34,780 nt of DNA from a virus (taxonomy: Duplodnaviria > Caudoviricetes): IMG/VR virus record IMGVR_UViG_3300007735_000655, positions 1-34,780 of that record; one strand, given 5' to 3'. A program made the translations under genes and the position numbers. Each line of letters starts with the position of its first letter. The stretch's first letter is position 1. Positions 1 through 9,820 of the stretch are shown in pieces. The notes under the pieces were generated by a model. It had not been told where the DNA came from. It saw nothing but the letters and a program-made list of their open reading frames with translations, and searched no databases.

Positions 1-1
1 A

Positions 2-826
2 CAATACTGCGGCAAAATAGAGGGGCTTGGCAGTCAACGAACGACTAGCCCGACTCCGACTACCCCAACTCCCACCGGGTCTCGTGTGCCTAAAATGGCT
101 AACGGGGTCTGCCCGCCGGGATATCAGCCTGAAATGGGCGCTGGCGGGTATACAGACTACTGCGTACCGCAGGGCACTTACGATGGTGATGGTGGCGGCG
201 GTGGCGGTCCTGAATATACGCAGCCTCCGGTAAATCCGCCCCAATGCGCGATGGGCGAATACTATGATTGGGTACAAGATCGATGCGTGCCGTTTGAAAC
301 CCGTCCGCCAACTGATGATGAACGGTGTGGACAAAATGCTATTTACATCGAAGGAATTGGATGTGTACGTATTCCGGGCACAGACGAAAAGGGCGCAGCA
401 GGAGGCTATGTGAAGAAAGGTAAGATCAAGAAGAAGCGGTATCAGACTGGCGGCATTGCCTCCTTGACCCGCAGTTCGGATCTGGGTGCTGCTGTGAACC
501 CGATGGACGGCTACAACTTCGGCTTCGCCGGGGGTGGTATGGCTGCGATGCCTGAGTACCGAGCCGGAGGCAAACTCCTGCGAGGGGCTGGCGACGGCAT
601 GTCTGACGATATCCCTGCCGTAATTCGTGGTAAGGGTGTGCAGCGGGCGGCCTTGGCAGACGGAGAATTCGTCATCCCTGCCGATGTGGTCTCGCACTTG
701 GGCAACGGTTCTACCGAGGCAGGTGCCAAGAAACTGTATAAAATGATGGAGCAGATTCGTCGAGCGCGTACGGGCAAGGGCAAGCAAGCCCCTCGTATTA
801 ACCCTGACAAGTACCTGCCCCGCTAA
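2..826 (+). CDS. Putative internal virion/ejection protein, 5'-truncated by the window edge
   Basis: Frame is open from base 2 (QYCGKIEGLGSQRTTSPTPTTPTPT...) into listed ORF 86..826. It has Cys-pair repeats, xAxGG motifs and a C-terminal 'GAGDGMSDDIPA...LADGEFVIPADVV' motif typical of phage virion proteins. Confidence 0.6.
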   Translation, partial: QYCGKIEGLGSQRTTSPTPTTPTPTGSRVPKMANGVCPPGYQPEMGAGGYTDYCVPQGTYDGDGGGGGGPEYTQPPVNPPQCAMGEYYDWVQDRCVPFETRPPTDDERCGQNAIYIEGIGCVRIPGTDEKGAAGGYVKKGKIKKKRYQTGGIASLTRSSDLGAAVNPMDGYNFGFAGGGMAAMPEYRAGGKLLRGAGDGMSDDIPAVIRGKGVQRAALADGEFVIPADVVSHLGNGSTEAGAKKLYKMMEQIRRARTGKGKQAPRINPDKYLPR

Positions 827-840
827 TCACGGAGATCAAC

Positions 841-1863
841 ATGTCTTCTACTCCGACTTCAACTGAAACAACTACAAGTAATATCCCGGCGTGGGCACAA
901 AAGTACGCCACTGACTTACTTGGATTTGGCGCGGCACTAACCTATCCCAAGATCAATCCGGCTACGGGCAAGCTCGAAACTGGATTTACTCCGTATGGCG
1001 GGGAACTTGTTGCTCAGCCTAGCCCGCTTCAAGAGCGTGCTTACGGGGACATCTCTCAGATGCAGGTTGCCCCGCAGTTGGGGCAGGCCACAGGGTTTAC
1101 GGGACTCGCTGCGCTTCAGGCACAGGATCTTGCCCAGTACGACCCGCTTCGTCAGCAACAGTATTACCGGTCGCCGTTTGAACGTCCGAGGCAACTGGGT
1201 CGGTACATGTCGCCCTACATGCAGGGCGTAGTTGAGCAGCAGAAGCAGCAGGCAGTTCAGGACTATGCTCGGCAGATTCCGGGGCTTCGTGCTACGTCTA
1301 CTCGTGCGGGTGCACTCGGCGGGACTCGTCAGGCGCTCGTAGAATCTGAGGCTCAGCGTAATTTGCAGAATCAGTTGCAAGGTATTCAAGCGACTGGGCT
1401 TCAAAACGCTTATCAGCAGGCAGTTCAACAGGCTGCACAAGACGCTCAGCTTCGCGCTCAATACGGTCTCTCTGGTACGCAGTTGGCCGAACAGTCTCGT
1501 CAGTTTGGTGCGGGCCTTGGTCTGCAAGGTCTTGAACAGCAGCGCCTTGCCGCTAAGCAACTTGCCGATATTGGTGGGCAGCAATTCGAACAGCAGAAGG
1601 GTATTACTCAAGCACAGTTGGGCGCGGGAGCGCAGCAGCAAGCTTTGAAGCAGCAGATGCTGGCGTCGAACTATCAGCGATTCATTGACGAAATGAGCTA
1701 TCCGTACAAGCAGCTTGAGTTCTTCTCTAACTTGCTGCGCGGTATGCCTGCTGGCGATACAACTAGAAGTCTGTATACGCAGGGTCCGAACGTCACTTCG
1801 CAGTTGTATGGTTTGACGGGCGGTCTTGGTGGTCTCTTCGGGAGCTTTGGAGGTCAGTCGTGA
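841..1863 (+). CDS. Putative DNA ejection/pilot protein (Gln/Ala/Gly-rich)
   Basis: GGAG SD upstream; 340 aa; T-rich N-terminus, 'YMSPY', 'GALGGTRQA', Gly-rich hydrophobic C-terminus; position in the ejection-protein block. Confidence 0.6.
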   Translation: MSSTPTSTETTTSNIPAWAQKYATDLLGFGAALTYPKINPATGKLETGFTPYGGELVAQPSPLQERAYGDISQMQVAPQLGQATGFTGLAALQAQDLAQYDPLRQQQYYRSPFERPRQLGRYMSPYMQGVVEQQKQQAVQDYARQIPGLRATSTRAGALGGTRQALVESEAQRNLQNQLQGIQATGLQNAYQQAVQQAAQDAQLRAQYGLSGTQLAEQSRQFGAGLGLQGLEQQRLAAKQLADIGGQQFEQQKGITQAQLGAGAQQQALKQQMLASNYQRFIDEMSYPYKQLEFFSNLLRGMPAGDTTRSLYTQGPNVTSQLYGLTGGLGGLFGSFGGQS

Positions 1864-3182
1864 TTGGCCCAACTAGCGATACCGCGAAGGCGATGATGCA
1901 GTCGCTGACGCAAAAGATTCAGATGGGTATGCCTGTCGATCAGGCTATTCAATACGTCAAGAGTCAGGCTGCAACCGGCGTGGCTCCTTTCGTAGATCTT
2001 TATGCATTGCTCAATCAATTTGAGCGAATGAAGCAGCCTCAGAAGCAAATGCCTGTTGGCGGCACTATCAAGCAGCAACTTGATAACGTAGAAGCCTTGG
2101 CTTCAAGTGGTCTTGGCGGGATTCGTAGGGAACCTGCGGAAGCAATGATGGGTCGCGGTATTGGCGCACTCAACGCAGGGACTATGGAAGATCCGGTGTT
2201 TGCCGCTGCTGGGGGCGGTATTGTTGCGTTTGACGAAGGTGGCGTGACTGCTGCTAACGTGAAGAAGCCGTTGCCTAAAACTTGGGAAGAAGTACGGGCA
2301 CAAGCCGAGCTTGGTACTAAAGAAGATATTGCAGGGCTTGAAGAAGAAATTGCCCGTCAGGAAGAGTTTGAGAAGCGGCTTGGTATCGGTCGTTACGCTC
2401 CGTCTCGTGGGCTGAAAGAAGCTGAAATGGAGCGTAAGCGCAAGGCGCAGCAGCAGGCTGAGTCCGAGATGGACGACCTTAGCCGAGAGAAGTTTTACGC
2501 CGACGTTGCCGAGATTGGATCAGAGGCTGGCACTCGGGAGACCAAGGCTCCGACTTTCTTGACCGCGCTCTCTAAGGCCAAGGCTCGTCAGCTTGAGCGT
2601 AAAGAGAAGAAGATCGAACGCACTCGCACTGCCGAGGATGCATATAACGCCAGTAAGATTGCGATGGTTGAAGCAGATGAGGCTTTGGCCGCAGGCGATC
2701 TTACTCGGTACCGCACTAAAGTTGCGGAAGCCAAAAAGTTGCGTGACGAAGCAACTCAGAAAATTGCTGAAGGTGAGCAGAAGAAGGTTGAAGATTTGCG
2801 TAGCCGCGAGACTAATCTTCGTGTGGCACGGGCGCAGCAGGACACGCCGCTTGCTCGTCAGCAAGAAAAGATTCGCACGATGAGTGAGTCAGATCCTAAC
2901 TATGCCAAAGAAGTTAAGAAACTTCGTGACATGGAGAAGTCTTCTGGCACGGCTAGTGGTATCCCTGCTGGTGTTCAGGGCAGACTCCTTGGGCTTTACG
3001 CCAAGGCTTACGATAAAGTCTTGAATGCGTTCGATGATGAAGAACGAGAAGCAGCGCAAAAAGAAATGGAAGAAATTGGTAATGACCTTGCTGCGCTTGG
3101 TATCCCGATTCCCGGTATGGGAGGTAGAGTAGCGCCGAATGTAGCTACTCCTCAGACGCCTACTCAAAGCAACTGGGACTAA
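1860..3182 (+). CDS. Putative internal virion protein (charged coiled-coil)
   Basis: 440 aa; GTGA overlap with the previous stop; 'AAAGGGIVAFDEGG' motif followed by E/K/R-rich helical region. Confidence 0.55.
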   Translation: MIGPTSDTAKAMMQSLTQKIQMGMPVDQAIQYVKSQAATGVAPFVDLYALLNQFERMKQPQKQMPVGGTIKQQLDNVEALASSGLGGIRREPAEAMMGRGIGALNAGTMEDPVFAAAGGGIVAFDEGGVTAANVKKPLPKTWEEVRAQAELGTKEDIAGLEEEIARQEEFEKRLGIGRYAPSRGLKEAEMERKRKAQQQAESEMDDLSREKFYADVAEIGSEAGTRETKAPTFLTALSKAKARQLERKEKKIERTRTAEDAYNASKIAMVEADEALAAGDLTRYRTKVAEAKKLRDEATQKIAEGEQKKVEDLRSRETNLRVARAQQDTPLARQQEKIRTMSESDPNYAKEVKKLRDMEKSSGTASGIPAGVQGRLLGLYAKAYDKVLNAFDDEEREAAQKEMEEIGNDLAALGIPIPGMGGRVAPNVATPQTPTQSNWD

Positions 3183-3187
3183 GTTAA

Positions 3188-6100
3188 ATGGCTAGAAATG
3201 TCACCGTCTTTTTTACTGACGGGTCATCTCATGTCTATGCAAACGCGCCGGATAACGTAACACCGGACCAAGTTACTGCTCGTGCCCAGTCTCAATTTCC
3301 GGGCAAGCAGATACGCCACATGGATGGCGGGCGGGGCACTACAGTAGATACAGGCGTAAAACCGGTTACGCCTCCTGTATCAGAAGATAAAAAAGAGAAA
3401 GCAGGGTTCTTTGGATCTCTACAAGAATCTATTCAGACACTCGGTCTTGCTGATGAAGCCGCTGCGTTTGCGGCGAACCCGACTGAAGAGAATCGCCGTG
3501 CTTTCCTCAAGGCCGCTGAATCTAAGTACAAATCTGTTGGCGGGTTTGGCAAGGGCGAAAACTGGGAAGCCTTTAAAGAACTGCTTGGTAGTTCGCTCGG
3601 TCAGTTGATTGCTCCGGCTGCTGTGGCTACTGGCGCTAGTGCTTTAACAAGTCCGATTGGCGGTGCGGTAGCAGGTGCTGGTGCGATTGCAAGTCAGTAC
3701 GAAATTCAGGCGCTACTGCGTCAGGCGCAAGAACAAAATAAGGCTATTGCTGAAGGCCGCACTCCTGAAGAACTTTCGATTGCCAAGGCAACTGCTGCCG
3801 CAGCAGGACAGACCGCGCTTGACGTTGCAGGATTTAAACTCTTTAGGGAAACCTTCCGTGCGTTTCCGTTCCTGCGTAATCTCGTATCGTCAGAAAAAGA
3901 AATTGCTGAAGATGCTGCACGAAAACTAATTGAAGCAGCAAAAGCAGGTACGCTCAGGTCCAACGCTAAAGGCGCAGTACAAGGTATTGCTGGCGGTGTA
4001 GCGTTTGAAGTTCCGCAGGAAGTAGCGCAGCAGGCGCTTGAACGATGGCAGGCTGGCCTGTCTCTAAGCGATGCCGAGGCAAGAGAAGAATTTAAGCAAG
4101 CGGCCATTGGCGCGGCCATGCTTGCTCCGGTTATTGGTGGTCCTGCCGGTGCTTTAAGTGCAAAAGCTAGTCGCGCACAGGCACAGGTTCTCAAGGCTGC
4201 TACTGATAATGCCCAGACTCGACTTAATGAAATTACTTCCAAGACGGAGCCGACCGCAGAAGAGCAAGCCGAGGCTGCGTTCATCCAATCCAACCTGAAC
4301 AATCCGCTTGAACTTGCCAAGAAGTACAAGCCTGCTGCACCTGCTACGAGTCGGGAAGAATCATCAGTTACACCGCCTCCGGTAAAACCCGCCGTTACAG
4401 AAATCAAAACGGCTGAAGATCTTCTTAATGCACCGCCCAAGGTAGCCGCTGAAGACGCGCCCGAGCCGCTGCGTAACGAGCCTGTGAGCCTGACTGAAGA
4501 TCAGGTTTACGAAGAGATCAACAAGATGGAGCAACAGCAGGAGCAGTTGGCTTCGCTGCTCTTTGATCCTGTTCAAGTAGAAATTCAAGCCAAAGCCGCT
4601 AATCAGCCTGTTGAGGTGTTCACGGCTAATCTGACCAAAACGTACGACGAATTGGCTACAAGGCTTGATATTTTCGATAAGAACTATATGCAACGGATGA
4701 GTACAACTACTCAAATGCCGGGGGCTGTACCCGGCATCCAGTTGCAGAGAAGGTTTACCCCGGAAGAACTTGCTCAAGCGCAGATTTCTTCTGACGTTGC
4801 CAAGGCACTCAATCTGGATGTTGCAGACGTACAGCCGCCAGTATCACCAGCACCGCCTACTGCACCGGAGGTATCCCGTGGAGCCGAACCAACGTCACAG
4901 GAAGTTATTGAGCCAGTTGAGCCTCAACCAACTGGAGGAGGCGCTGCTCTGCCTCCATCAGGACTTGAACCCGCAGGACGAGTACCTACAGTCGCTCCAG
5001 TTGAGGGAGTGGAGCCTCCTGCACCAGTTGTTAGTGATGCTGATGTTGGAGAAAGAGCAGTCGAGCCTTCACTAGAAGATGAACGTATTAAGAGGATTCA
5101 GGCGGCGCAGCCTGCATTAAGAGACATTGATGCGGAAATTGCAGCACTTGATGCAGCGGAAGCGGTAGAGCGTGAAAAAGTATCAGAAGTAGAAAGTTTT
5201 GCTAGAAGTGCCGCAGAAAACGCGATTGCTAACCAACGCAACTACGACAACCTTGAAGACAGTATAGATTCTAATAGAGAAAATATTCGTGAGACTCTAA
5301 AAGAAAATGCTTTTGGGCCAAACTCAACTAGGCTTGAAGAGCAGGCATTTGCCGCTTACGACGCTGAGATCGCCAGATTAAGAGGAACACCGGAGGCCGC
5401 AACTAGAACTGAAGCCGCCCCTCGTGCCCAAAGCCGCCTCACCGCAGATCAGAAGCGTGTTCTGGCTGAGCGTATCGCGCAGCGTATTGCTCCAAGAGGC
5501 GTGGTGCTTAATCGCGCTGGGCCGTTTACGAAGAGTAAAGTCGTCGTTAGTGACGCTTTTAACCCACGGCTTGAAGGGTTCCTCAAGGCCGTAGTCAACA
5601 TCGTTGGGCTTGGCGATCTAAATATCATTCTGCTTAGCAAGAGTGATCTGCGTACGCCCGGTGCTAGAACTGTCACTACCGACAAGTACAACTTGTATGG
5701 CGGCTTCAACGTAGAGCCGTTGATTGAGTACGCGCTTGATCCTACGGCAGATGGTGCCGTCAATCCGTTTAGTAACGGTAAAGGCTACGCAATCATCCTA
5801 GATGAGAAGATGCCCATTCAAGTCATGCTTGAAACTCTTGGGCATGAACTTGGGCACATCATCGAGTCCGAGGCGTATACAAACGCAGATGAGAAAACCC
5901 GGACTGCGGTGTTCGATGAGTACCTTGCTTGGCTGACTAAAAACGGACAAGAAGATACCGCCAGATTGATTCGGCTTACCCGTGCATGGGGTACGTCAGA
6001 AAGGGCACTAGACGGTCTGCCCGAAAGTTCTTTGCTAAACGAGAAAGATCAAGAGTACCTGAAGTCTTTCAGCGAGTGGTTTGCAGATAACGTAGCAAAA

Positions 6101-9100
6101 TGGATGACGACCAGCGAGAAGCCGCTGACCGTTGTAGAGAAGTTCTTCTCAGCCCTTGCAAAAAGAATCCGCAAGATCGTTGCTTTCTTGACTGGCAACC
6201 GCCCGGAGTTCCTGCCTGCTGAGTCAGTTAAGAACTTCTTAGATGGACTGACCCCGCTTAACGAGGCTATGACTGCGCCTCTTATCAAGGAAGCGATAGG
6301 GTTCAAAGGGCCGCGCCCGATATTCCCAAGTATCGACGGCATAAAGAACTTTTGGAATTGGTTTAGTGGGTCCAAGGTGGTAGACGAAGAAGGCCACCCG
6401 ATCATCATGTATCACGGATCTCCAAAAGTATTTTCAATATTCCGGTCAGGCGGTCGCGCTGGGGCTATCTTCTTGTCACCTGACCCGCACTTTGCAGAAC
6501 GCTTTACAGTTGATGCGTTTGATTACGACGTTGGCCCGATGTACGCGGTATACGTCAACGCCAAGAATCCGTTTGACTTTGAAGACGTAACGCAAATTGC
6601 AGCACTTGAGAAAGCTCTTGTTAATGAGTTCACTATAAGAGGCGGTGTAGTAGGTTCTACAGACTGGCTTGCCATGATGTCGTCTATTAGAGAAGGCGAC
6701 TGGCGTACGATTGAACAGCCAATGGTGCAAAGAGCCATTCGTAAACTTGGCCATGACGGGTTTTATGTCATGGAGAGTCTGTATTCGCCTGAGTTGATGG
6801 AACGGATTGAGTCTAAGAATCTTGCTGTTTACGACTCAAACCAAGTCAAGTCAGCGATTGGTAACAACGGCAAGTTTAGTAAGAAATCAAACGATGTAAG
6901 GCAATCACGCCGGGTATTGGCTGCGACGATTAGCAACGTCGGTAACGCCGTAAACAACCTGCCATCTTTCAATAAGCGCGTATACGATGGGGTGCGTGGC
7001 GTTCTTGATTCGACTCGTATAACGGATGCAATGCGCTCAGCGTTGTACACGTTTTTGTCACTGCCGCAACAGGTAGAGATATTCGTTAAAGAACTGCCCA
7101 CTCTTCGTAACCTGCTCAACGTCCTTAACGTACGGGCAAGTTCTCTCAAGGATAGGAAGGAAGACTTAGATCGTAATGTCCGTAAGTGGAACGACACTAT
7201 CAAGGACAACATTCAGTACAAGGACGAGTTCTACGAAGTAGCGCATGAGTCAACTCGTTTGACAGGCCCGGACGGTAAGCAGGGTGTGCAGTTTAGTAAT
7301 CCTATGCACGCCAACCATCCGTTGACTCAGCGGTTCAAACGTCTGCCTGTCGCGTTGCAGAAAGTTTATTTTGAGATGTTGGAAAGCTACCGCAAGATGT
7401 CGGATGAATACGTTGCACTGCTTTCCAAGAATTTGTCACCACGTGAAGCCAAACGTCTGCAAAGAGAGATGGCGCAGAAGCGCCTGCGGGTATACCTACC
7501 TCTCTATCGTGAAGGTGACTACTGGCTGCGTTACCAAGACGCCAAGAACGAGACGGTTGTACAGTCTTTCAAGTCAAACTACGAGCGTGAGCTTGCATGG
7601 AAAGAGGCTCTGGCTAACGGGGCGCAGCCGAATAGCAACCAGATATTTGCTCGTATCGAAGACTTCTTCGACGGTAAAGGACCGGGCACATTCTTTAATC
7701 GCGTCTTGGATGATCTTAATAAACGAGGCGTATCTCCCGCCGTAAAGAGATCACTTTACGAACTTTACTTAGATCAGATTCCCGCTGCGTCTGTGCGGCA
7801 GTTGTACCGTAAGCGTGATGGTTACAAGGGGTACGAGTCTGATCTAATGAATGTTTACTCCACGGTAGCCACTCGCATGGCTAATCAGCTTACTAATCTG
7901 GAGTACATACCGGAAATTGATTCCGTATTCGATGATGTAAAGGAAGAAGCCAAGCAGTTTGCCGCGTCTGGTCAGTCCAAGAACCGCTCCGTTCCGCTGC
8001 TCATTGAGAATCTAAATAAGCAGATGGAGTACCTGCGCGACCCCGGCAACGGCTCTCTAGTCAATGCGTTGTCATCGTTCAGTTACTACTGGTACATCAT
8101 TGGTAACGTATCCACCGCAATCATTAACACCACTCAGTTGCCGATGGTTGTGTACCCGATGCTCGCGGGTAAGTACGGTATTGATAAGGCTAGTGCTGCG
8201 ATGTCCGACGCGACAAAGCAGTATTTTAAGGGTGGCTTTGACAACGACAACATTCCGGGCGGCTACAAGAAGTTCCCTGCCGATTTCAGCTTTGGCGTAA
8301 ACGTGCCGCCAAACTCGCCGCTAGGCAAACTATACAAGGCCGCAGTGAGGCAGAGTGCGATCCGTCGCTCCAGTGGATACGACCTCGTACAAGGCAGAAA
8401 GAAAACGTATGGGATGGGGGATTACGTTGGCCTGATGGCCAAGATGGAACAGATCCTAGGATGGACGTTCCAGAACTCAGAACGGTTCAACCGCGAAGTG
8501 ACGTTGATCGCGGCGTTCAACTTGGAGATGCAGAAGAATGGTGGGAATGTAGACGGGGCTATCAAAGCTGCGCTTGACCTTGTGAACGATACTCACGGTA
8601 CGGTGCTTGCTGAAACTTCACCGCGCATATTCCAGACTGGGTTCGGCAAGGTCGCATTCACGTTTAAGAACTTTGCTCAGACGCAGATTTACCTGCAAGC
8701 CAAGTTACTGCGTGAGGCAGTCAGAGGAGAAAGCCCGGAAGTTAAGCAGCTTGCTGCCAAGCAGATGATCGGCATCATGACGATGGCGTTTGTGTTTGCC
8801 GGTATCCACGGTATGCCGTTCTATAGCGCAGGTACGCTGCTCGTTGATCTTCTGGCTGATCTGTTCGGTGACGACGATGATCCGGTTAAGTCGGATGAAA
8901 TCGTACGGCAGTCTGTCGGTGCGTTGGCGCATAAGGGCGTAGTCAACGAACTTTTCATGGCTGATGTCGCTGCCCGCACCGGATTCAACGGCCTCCTCTG
9001 GAAGGACGACGACAAGCGTCTGGAAGAAGTTGGCCCCGTGCTGTTTGCGGCTGAGCAGATCTTCGGCCCGTCCTACGCTGCATTCATGGGCTTCTTCCGT

Positions 9101-9616
9101 GGATATAAAGATTACAAGGAAGGACATTACGACAGAGCTTTGGAAGCTGTGACTCCTGCCTTCATTAGAAATAATCTTAAAACATACAGGTTTGCCGTTG
9201 AGGGCGCAGAGAGCAGAAGCGGCGAGAAGATCTTCGATGACTTCAATAGCTATGAACTCTTCATGCAGGCGCTGGGCTTTACTCCAGTCGAAGTAGCGCG
9301 GCGTTCAGAACTTGCAGGGGCGCTTGCAAGCAGGGTGAATGACGTAGAGAAGAGGAAGACTGCGCTTCTCAACAGGCTTTACTTGGCAAGAATAAACAAA
9401 GACAGGGAAGGGGAAAGGGAAGTTAGGGAAGATATCAAACGGTTCAATCAGAACGAGTTTGTAAGAAAGACTCGTAACGTCATCGGTAACGATGAGATGA
9501 ATGACTCGTTTAACAGACGGCGTAAGAATGCTCGTAGTTCAATCTACGGCATCAACGTGCCAGAGAAGGCCCGTCGCCAGCTAGAGAAAGAATACAAATT
9601 AGAAGAAGATCGCTGA
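3188..9616 (+). CDS. Large polyvalent virion (ejected) protein: zincin metallopeptidase-like + ADP-ribosyltransferase-like (ART-PolyVal) + PLxRFG-like domains
   Basis: 2142 aa. HELGH at 5843-5857 with downstream EWFAD. 'FWNWFSGSKVVDEEGHPIIMYHGS...IFLS...GHDG...NQVKSAIGNNGKFS' ART-like signature at ~6340-6900. 'YLPLYREGDY' at 7493. Confidence 0.75.
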   Translation: MARNVTVFFTDGSSHVYANAPDNVTPDQVTARAQSQFPGKQIRHMDGGRGTTVDTGVKPVTPPVSEDKKEKAGFFGSLQESIQTLGLADEAAAFAANPTEENRRAFLKAAESKYKSVGGFGKGENWEAFKELLGSSLGQLIAPAAVATGASALTSPIGGAVAGAGAIASQYEIQALLRQAQEQNKAIAEGRTPEELSIAKATAAAAGQTALDVAGFKLFRETFRAFPFLRNLVSSEKEIAEDAARKLIEAAKAGTLRSNAKGAVQGIAGGVAFEVPQEVAQQALERWQAGLSLSDAEAREEFKQAAIGAAMLAPVIGGPAGALSAKASRAQAQVLKAATDNAQTRLNEITSKTEPTAEEQAEAAFIQSNLNNPLELAKKYKPAAPATSREESSVTPPPVKPAVTEIKTAEDLLNAPPKVAAEDAPEPLRNEPVSLTEDQVYEEINKMEQQQEQLASLLFDPVQVEIQAKAANQPVEVFTANLTKTYDELATRLDIFDKNYMQRMSTTTQMPGAVPGIQLQRRFTPEELAQAQISSDVAKALNLDVADVQPPVSPAPPTAPEVSRGAEPTSQEVIEPVEPQPTGGGAALPPSGLEPAGRVPTVAPVEGVEPPAPVVSDADVGERAVEPSLEDERIKRIQAAQPALRDIDAEIAALDAAEAVEREKVSEVESFARSAAENAIANQRNYDNLEDSIDSNRENIRETLKENAFGPNSTRLEEQAFAAYDAEIARLRGTPEAATRTEAAPRAQSRLTADQKRVLAERIAQRIAPRGVVLNRAGPFTKSKVVVSDAFNPRLEGFLKAVVNIVGLGDLNIILLSKSDLRTPGARTVTTDKYNLYGGFNVEPLIEYALDPTADGAVNPFSNGKGYAIILDEKMPIQVMLETLGHELGHIIESEAYTNADEKTRTAVFDEYLAWLTKNGQEDTARLIRLTRAWGTSERALDGLPESSLLNEKDQEYLKSFSEWFADNVAKWMTTSEKPLTVVEKFFSALAKRIRKIVAFLTGNRPEFLPAESVKNFLDGLTPLNEAMTAPLIKEAIGFKGPRPIFPSIDGIKNFWNWFSGSKVVDEEGHPIIMYHGSPKVFSIFRSGGRAGAIFLSPDPHFAERFTVDAFDYDVGPMYAVYVNAKNPFDFEDVTQIAALEKALVNEFTIRGGVVGSTDWLAMMSSIREGDWRTIEQPMVQRAIRKLGHDGFYVMESLYSPELMERIESKNLAVYDSNQVKSAIGNNGKFSKKSNDVRQSRRVLAATISNVGNAVNNLPSFNKRVYDGVRGVLDSTRITDAMRSALYTFLSLPQQVEIFVKELPTLRNLLNVLNVRASSLKDRKEDLDRNVRKWNDTIKDNIQYKDEFYEVAHESTRLTGPDGKQGVQFSNPMHANHPLTQRFKRLPVALQKVYFEMLESYRKMSDEYVALLSKNLSPREAKRLQREMAQKRLRVYLPLYREGDYWLRYQDAKNETVVQSFKSNYERELAWKEALANGAQPNSNQIFARIEDFFDGKGPGTFFNRVLDDLNKRGVSPAVKRSLYELYLDQIPAASVRQLYRKRDGYKGYESDLMNVYSTVATRMANQLTNLEYIPEIDSVFDDVKEEAKQFAASGQSKNRSVPLLIENLNKQMEYLRDPGNGSLVNALSSFSYYWYIIGNVSTAIINTTQLPMVVYPMLAGKYGIDKASAAMSDATKQYFKGGFDNDNIPGGYKKFPADFSFGVNVPPNSPLGKLYKAAVRQSAIRRSSGYDLVQGRKKTYGMGDYVGLMAKMEQILGWTFQNSERFNREVTLIAAFNLEMQKNGGNVDGAIKAALDLVNDTHGTVLAETSPRIFQTGFGKVAFTFKNFAQTQIYLQAKLLREAVRGESPEVKQLAAKQMIGIMTMAFVFAGIHGMPFYSAGTLLVDLLADLFGDDDDPVKSDEIVRQSVGALAHKGVVNELFMADVAARTGFNGLLWKDDDKRLEEVGPVLFAAEQIFGPSYAAFMGFFRGYKDYKEGHYDRALEAVTPAFIRNNLKTYRFAVEGAESRSGEKIFDDFNSYELFMQALGFTPVEVARRSELAGALASRVNDVEKRKTALLNRLYLARINKDREGEREVREDIKRFNQNEFVRKTRNVIGNDEMNDSFNRRRKNARSSIYGINVPEKARRQLEKEYKLEEDR

Positions 9617-9820
9617 TTACTTAATACGCCAGACGCGCACTCCAAGGTGTCCTTCCTTGGACGAGGCGTAAGCCTTTACCCGTACTTGGGCAACCTTAGA
9701 GCGGCAATCTATAACGTACAGCATCTCAGAGATCTTGAGGGTGGGGATAAAGAAACTATCCCCTACCGCCATGCCTTCAAATGGAAAGATCCACTCAGGC
9801 TCCATTACTCGTGTTGTCAT
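9617..9820 (-). CDS. Conserved small phage protein (FPFxxMxVGDSFFIP motif), possibly DNA-binding
   Basis: 67 aa, overlaps the primase 3' end; GGAG SD; motif recognisable from other phage hypotheticals. Confidence 0.65.
   Translation of the reverse strand: MTTRVMEPEWIFPFEGMAVGDSFFIPTLKISEMLYVIDCRSKVAQVRVKAYASSKEGHLGVRVWRIK

Noticed and set aside
937-1872. 311-aa antisense ORF, and other long shadow ORFs such as 12787-13560 and 3721-4440
   Set aside because: They lie opposite well-supported genes, have no motifs, and are explained by codon bias.
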